Shown here: positions 58,502 through 64,000 of the stretch, one piece after another
Numbering within the stretch: position 1 is the stretch's first letter
Layout of the letters: every line of letters starts with the position of its first letter
Source: Macrostomum lignano
Taxonomy: Eukaryota
Direction: 5' to 3'
Length of the DNA: 64,000 bases
NCBI GenBank assembly: GCA_002269645.1
Contig: NIVC01000636.1
Span: 62,001-126,000, forward strand
Notes under the pieces: generated by a model
What the model was told of the DNA's origin: nothing
Seen by the model: only the letters and a program-made list of their open reading frames with translations
Database searches by the model: none
Program-made: the position numbers and the translations under genes

Positions 58502-61500
58502 ATCAATCTATTGATAGCTCTGCTAAAACATAGAAGGCGTCATATGGCTACACTCCTCCTTTTTTAGTTTTACTGTCCAGCGGCAGGATAATGATTAATA
58601 AAAAGGAATGCTGTTTTCAGACAGCAATTTTGTCACAATAACCACTTATTGAGTAATAACACTTTCACATCACATAGGTTGTCCCAGTTGATCGTATCTC
58701 AGTCTGTCAGGCGGTTGTCTATGGCGTTTGGGATACTGGTTATTGGTGACTGGCCGCGATGCTGCCATCGACTCAGTCTCACTGGTCTCCTTGGCATCTT
58801 GCAGTTCAGTAGCCGGCTGCGCTATTTGATGATGTGTCTCGCCGGTTTCTGGGATCCTGGGTTTCGTCTGTCCAATGTGCTTTCTTAACACTTTTCCATC
58901 TTCTTCGACGTTGACAATGACTTTTCCTTCAGATCCGATAATCACGCCAGGGGCCCATTCTTGCTGTGATCGTTGTAGACTCTGGCCCACACAGGTTGTC
59001 TCGCTAGTTGAATGATCGGGCAGCGCAGTAGATGTCCTCTCATGAGTTCAGCTGGCGCTTGACCTGTTGTGGAGTGCTTTGCGTTTCGATACTGCAGCAA
59101 AAACCTGTCGATACTGGCTTGCATGTCGCTCGAATCTTGTGCTGCACGAAGATGGTTTTTAAGGTCCCGAACGAATCTCTCGGCGATCCCATTTGAGCGA
59201 GGATGATATGGAGGTGTCAGGAGATGTTTGCAACCGATCCCTCGGAGCCAGCTTTCCATCTCCTTTGAGACTAGCTGGGGTCCGTTATCCGAAACGAGGA
59301 CAGGTGGCACACCCTCTTGTGCGAAAGTGCGCCGGAGTTGACGGATTGTGTCCTCCGTAGTGATTGAGTTCATCAGGTGGACTTCGGCCCACTTGCTGTA
59401 GGCGTCGATCATGATGAGACAGAACTTCCCATTCTTGAAGGGGCCGGCAAAGTCTATGTGAACCCGGCTCCACTTCTCTGTCTCCTGAGGCCAGGAGGTC
59501 CACCCGCCTACTGAATAATCCTTTTGCGTCTGACAGTTTTTACACGTCTTTGCCTGGAGTTCGATTTCCTTATCGATTGAAGGCCACCACACACACTGTC
59601 GGGCGATAGATTTCATCTTATCAGCACCCAGGTGTCCATAATTGTGCAGGGTCCTCAGTACGTAGCTCCGTAGCGTATCTGGTACCACAATTCGAAGTCC
59701 TCTGAACAGGATTCCGCTCTCGATAGACAGTTCCTCTTGTATCCTGGAATACTCCCGTACCATAGCTCTACCAATTCTAGTCCATCCATACTTCACCTGT
59801 GCGAAAACTTTCCGCATCAGTGGATCTTTCAGAGACTCCTGTCAAACCTTTTCTTTGTCAATTGGGAAATCCAAAATGGTGTCTTGAACAGAACTCACGT
59901 CAAATTGTTCTGATTCAGTGTGCGGTGACTTCAGCCTTGATAGAGCGTCGGCGACCGGGATCTCTTCCGAGCGGCGGCACTCGACTTTATAGTTGTACTG
60001 CATGAGAGCAATAGCCCATCGCTGAATCCGGGTTGAAGCCAAACTGGTGATGCTTTTTGACGGATCGAATATGAATTTCAACGGATGATGGTCTGTCACC
60101 AGTGTGAACTTGCGTCCGTACAGGTATTTGTGGAGGCGCTTAACGGCCCAGATGATAGCTAAGGCCTCCCGTAGTTTCTCTCAGTCTTGCTCAGAGTTTT
60201 TGAGATGAAGAGTACAGGTCCATTAGATTGCTCAAGCACAGCCCCGATTCCATATGGGGATGCGTCGGTGGTAAGCCTGGTCACCGGGTCACAAGGGTCG
60301 AACGGCTTTATTACTTTCGATTTAAGGATATTATTCTTGATTTTGTTCAAGGCAGATTGCTCTTGCACGTCCCAATGCCACTTCTCGTCCTGTCGGATTA
60401 ACTTTGCCAACGGTTCCTTTATGGTAGCGAGGCTCTGGATGAACCTGCAGTAGAACTCGGAAGTCCCAGGAAAGATCGAAGTTCCTTTGGAGACGTTGGT
60501 TCTTTTAGTCCTCTAATGACGTCCATCTTGTCAATGGCTGGGCATATTCCCTCTTCGGTGATATCCAAACCCGGGAATTTCACTCGCTTACTCTTGATAA
60601 AACTTTTCTGGTAGTTGACCTCTACGTTGTTCTCTTTCAGGATGCTTTTTACAGTCTCCAGCTGGTCGTCGTGCTCGCGCTCTTTTCGGCCAAAAATCAG
60701 GATGTCGTCCTGGTAGCTAACGGCATTTTTCTGCGACGCTAGCAACTTGTCCATATAGTTTTGGAATATGGCCGGTGCCTGTTTGACCCCCTAAGACAAC
60801 GACTGGGGCTTGTGAGTCCAAATGGCGTGCTCAGTGTTAGAACACTCGCCGATGCCTTGTCCACAGGAAGCTGCAGATAAGCATTCGTTAGATCCAGGAC
60901 AGAAAAGGTCTTGGCTCCTCCAAGTTGGCTCAACACGTTCTCGATGCTCGGTGTAGTGGAGATCATGTCGCACAACGATCTGTTAACCGTAACTTTATAA
61001 TCACCACACAGCCTGATCTTACCATTCTGCTTTCTGACAACGACGATAGGTGTAGCCCAGTCACTCTGATTCACCTTCCGCAGGACTCCATCATTCACGA
61101 GCTTATCCAGTTCTTCCTTCACACTGTCTCGAAGACCGTACGGTCTGGGCTTGAGGAACACGGGTATTGTTCCCTCCCTCAAAGTTAGATGAGCTTGGTT
61201 TTGCTTCACCCGATAGATTTTCAGACCAGGTTTCAAAAAAGCATGCATCCACTGCAGTCCATAGATGTTGGGAGCATCTGACTTGTCCACAATATATACT
61301 GGTAGTTTCTTAGAGTTGCCATCGTATTTCACAGTGACCATTGCCTCGCCTAGAATTGGAACAGCATGACCTTGGAACTCATTGGGTCTCTTGTTCGTCG
61401 GCAATACTTCGGGGATGACTGACAGGCACTCGAATGTTAGTTTTCGATATGAGAGAGACATCCGCTCCCGTGTCGAACACCATATCAACTGTAGTTCCGT

Positions 61501-62623
61501 TTATGCAGACTTCACGGGCGATCCTTTGCCGGGATGATAGCGAAAAAATCTGACCGTGCTGTTCTCCATCCTCTGCTTCACCATCGAGTAAAGGATCTTG
61601 CTGCAGGAGTCGAACTCTTGATGTTGCTCGGCGTCCACTTGTTTGGGACTTTGCGGCTTTACACACCGCTTTCAGATGACCTGCTTTGCCACAGCTGTCG
61701 CATGTGAGCGCTTTGTGTCGACACTCAGTTTTGGTGTGTCCAGGTTTTCCGCAGCAGAAGCATGTGCCTTACCCTGGTTTCGTTCGGCCGGCGCCTTTGC
61801 GTAGCGCTTCCACGACTCTCTCGTGTGCTGAGGTCGGCTGCTTTTTTGTCGCATGTGCAGAACATTTGAGCCGCTCATGTCCTTCTCTCCTCTTTGGACA
61901 GCCTCGCACGCTGCGGCGACAGCAGTGACATTCTCCCAGGTGAGATCCTTTAACTTTTCGGAGAGTAGTTTTCTTAGGATTTCCTTGCTCTTTAGGCCGA
62001 ATATGAACTGGTCACGGAGTCGGTCCGAGTTATCGGCGAACTCGCAGTCCTCTGCTAGCTGCTTTAGCGTGCGACTGTAGGTCAGGATGTCTTCGCTGCT
62101 TTCTTGCTTCGCCTTGTGAAACTCGTATCTGCAGGCGATTACTGATTTCTCGCCTTTCACTTCTTTTTTGATTAGCAGCACCAAATCATCAAATGATTTT
62201 GTTTCCACTTTAGCAGGTAGTGTTGCATCTGCAAGAAGGTTGAACATCCTCTTGCCGATTAGAGCCAGGAAGGCGTCTCGTTTATTGTCGTCCTTCCAGC
62301 CGTTAAGTTTGGCACTGATCTCGAAGCGCTGGATCGATCTATTTGGGTCCTCGCCGTCTTCCAGTGGTTCGATGGTTGGTAGCCTCGTTGCCATTGTTAG
62401 TCTTCTTATCCAATTGGGTAACTTAGGAAACAAAATGCTGCTTTGGGGATTTGAGATTTCAGCTCTCTCTTAGAGCGTGCAACCAAATTCTTACGAGCGT
62501 ATATTATCTGCGGCTCTCTTTAGTCATCGCAGTTTAAAACAACAATTACAGGATTGTGTTTCCATAGACAACATCAATCTATTGATAGCACTGCTAAAAC
62601 ATAGAAGGCGTCATATGGCTACA
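58502..62623 (-). mobile_element. Ty3/gypsy (Mag-like) LTR retrotransposon, frameshifted; 5' LTR 62623-62395, 3' LTR truncated (58552-58502)
   Basis: 229-bp LTR TGTAGCC...CTAACA, then PBS TGGCAACGAGG overlapping the gag ATG at 62394. Internal order: gag with two CCHC knuckles, protease (FDTGADVSLI), RT (WATPIVVVRK..IRLCGDYK, YQDDILIFG), RNase H (TDASPYGIGAVL), integrase (HLGADKMK..WWP, SRVHIDFAGP, SDNGPQ, PYHPRSNGIAER). PPT AAAAAAGGAGGAG at 58565-58553 abuts a 51-bp repeat of the LTR start. Confidence 0.95.
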
Positions 62624-62809
62624 GGAATGAAATAGGACCAAGCATATGAAGAGGTAACCGAGCTATTGCCAAGAAACATATTGCAATATTTGGGCGTTAA
62701 AACAAGGATGATGAAAATGTTCACTCAACCATGCCTGCGAATAGCACGAAAAAACCAGAATCCGGCAATATTTAATAGCAATATTAGTTGTGAAATCAGC
62801 AGTCAGACA

Positions 62810-63455
62810 GCAGGATGCGACAAGGATGTTGTCTGCAGCGGGATGCGACAAGGATGTTTCCTGCAGTGGGATGCGACAAGGATGTTGTCTGCAGCGGGAT
62901 GCGACAAGGATGTTTCCTGCAGCGGGATTCGACAAGGATGTTTCCTGCAGTGGGATGCGACAAGGATGTTGTCTGCAGCGGGATTCGACAAGGATGTTTC
63001 CTGCAGTGGGATGCGACAAGGATGTTGTCTGCAGCGGGATGCGACAAGGATGTTTCCTGCAGTGGGATGCGACAAGGATGTTTCCTGCAGTGGGATGCGA
63101 CAAGGATGTTGTCTGCAGTGGGATGCGACAAGGATGTTGTCTGCAGCGGGATGCGACAAGGATGTTGTCTGCAGCGGGATTCGACAAGGATGTTTCCTGC
63201 AGTGGGATGCGACAAGGATGTTGTCTGCAGCGGGATGCGACAAGGATGTTGTCTGCAGCGGGATTCGACAAGGATGTTTCCTGCAGTGGGATGCGACAAG
63301 GATGTTGTCTGCAGCGGGATGCGACAAGGATGTTTCCTGCAGTGGGATGCGACAAGGATGTTTCCTGCAGTGGGATGCGACAAGGATGTTTCTTGCAGTG
63401 GGATGCGACAAGGATGTTGTCTGCAGCGGGATGCGACAAGGATGTTATCTGCAGA
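62810..63455. repeat. 28-bp minisatellite (GGGATGCGACAAGGATGTT[TC/GT]CTGCAG[T/C])n
   Basis: About 23 copies; explains the overlapping 200-296-aa ORFs. Confidence 0.95.
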
Positions 63456-64000
63456 GGACCAGCTAGCCTGCATGCAAACACAGTACAGCACGGCACAAAA
63501 CGGCACAAAGAATACAAAACCCCTCAAAAGCAGCGCAACAGCACCAACAGACATCAGACAAACAATACCCTAACCGTTTCCCCTTACCAATCCCCCCTAG
63601 CAGCGGCTCTCGGTGCGTCTCTTCTGAGCGCACAGATTGAAGATGGCAGAAAGAAACTTGCATGGCTGGCTTGCAAATAACTCAAAACGAACCTAGTGGT
63701 CACGGTCAGTATAGCCACCGCTTTAGAGGACTGAGACTGGGAGCCCGCCTCCCCCCCCCCAACTGTCTTCTAGCAGGTCCAGTTTGATGTCAGCAAGTTC
63801 CTCACTTGGCGACTGACCTGGCTGCGAGTGGTCCAAATCGGTACTCCAGACCTGCTGCTTGAACTCGACCTCCTCACTGTCTTGCCACAGCGCTCGTCGA
63901 CTTCTGAGACTGACTGACCGAACTCGAAACCCTCCCTAGAGGGGGGCGTAGCCAAGTGGTCTAGCACGACGCTCTTACCGGTATGTGCTAGCAGCATACG

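Noticed and set aside
58159-58506. 115-aa minus-strand ORF next to the truncated gypsy LTR
   Set aside because: No motif recognised, non-ATG start, and in-frame stops immediately beyond.
62663-63680. Overlapping Cys-rich ORFs of 200-296 aa
   Set aside because: They arise from the 28-bp tandem array.
63700-63910. Possible terminal coding exon on the minus strand (SRRALWQDSEEVEFKQQVW...)
   Set aside because: It has an acceptor-like site and an open frame but no recognisable homology, and the upstream context is outside the window.

Overview
Eukaryotic (animal) genomic DNA. It has GC-rich spliced exons, introns filled with unrelated minisatellites, and very AT-rich spacers. By inference this style fits a free-living flatworm such as Macrostomum; the sequence alone does not prove the species. 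I reconstructed 11 protein-coding genes by hand from GT-AG splice sites with exon phases checked. On the minus strand: an ankyrin-repeat gene (partial), an LRP12/3/10-like receptor (5' end not found), HYLS1, a BTB-BACK(-PHR-like) gene, and a compact run CAMLG/GET2-like > SPG21 > DCAF7 > RNF5/RNF185-like. On the plus strand: a 9-exon RAPGEF1/C3G, a 35-aa 9-Cys metallothionein-like gene absent from the ORF track, and a secreted trypsin-fold protease. Mobile DNA comprises a frameshifted Ty3/gypsy element, two LTR remnants, and a decayed MULE (ZSWIM-type) transposase interrupted by two MITEs with 8-bp TSDs. Main observations: (1) one MITE carries a 71-nt 28S rRNA-like segment centred on the R2/I-PpoI target site, with a second related copy nearby; (2) several minisatellite arrays are built from a splice acceptor or stop-codon junction; (3) the tiny metallothionein candidate; (4) a possible trans-spliced operon; (5) strong enrichment of the palindrome TAGGCCTA in AT-rich spacers. 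All family assignments come from recalled motifs, not database searches.
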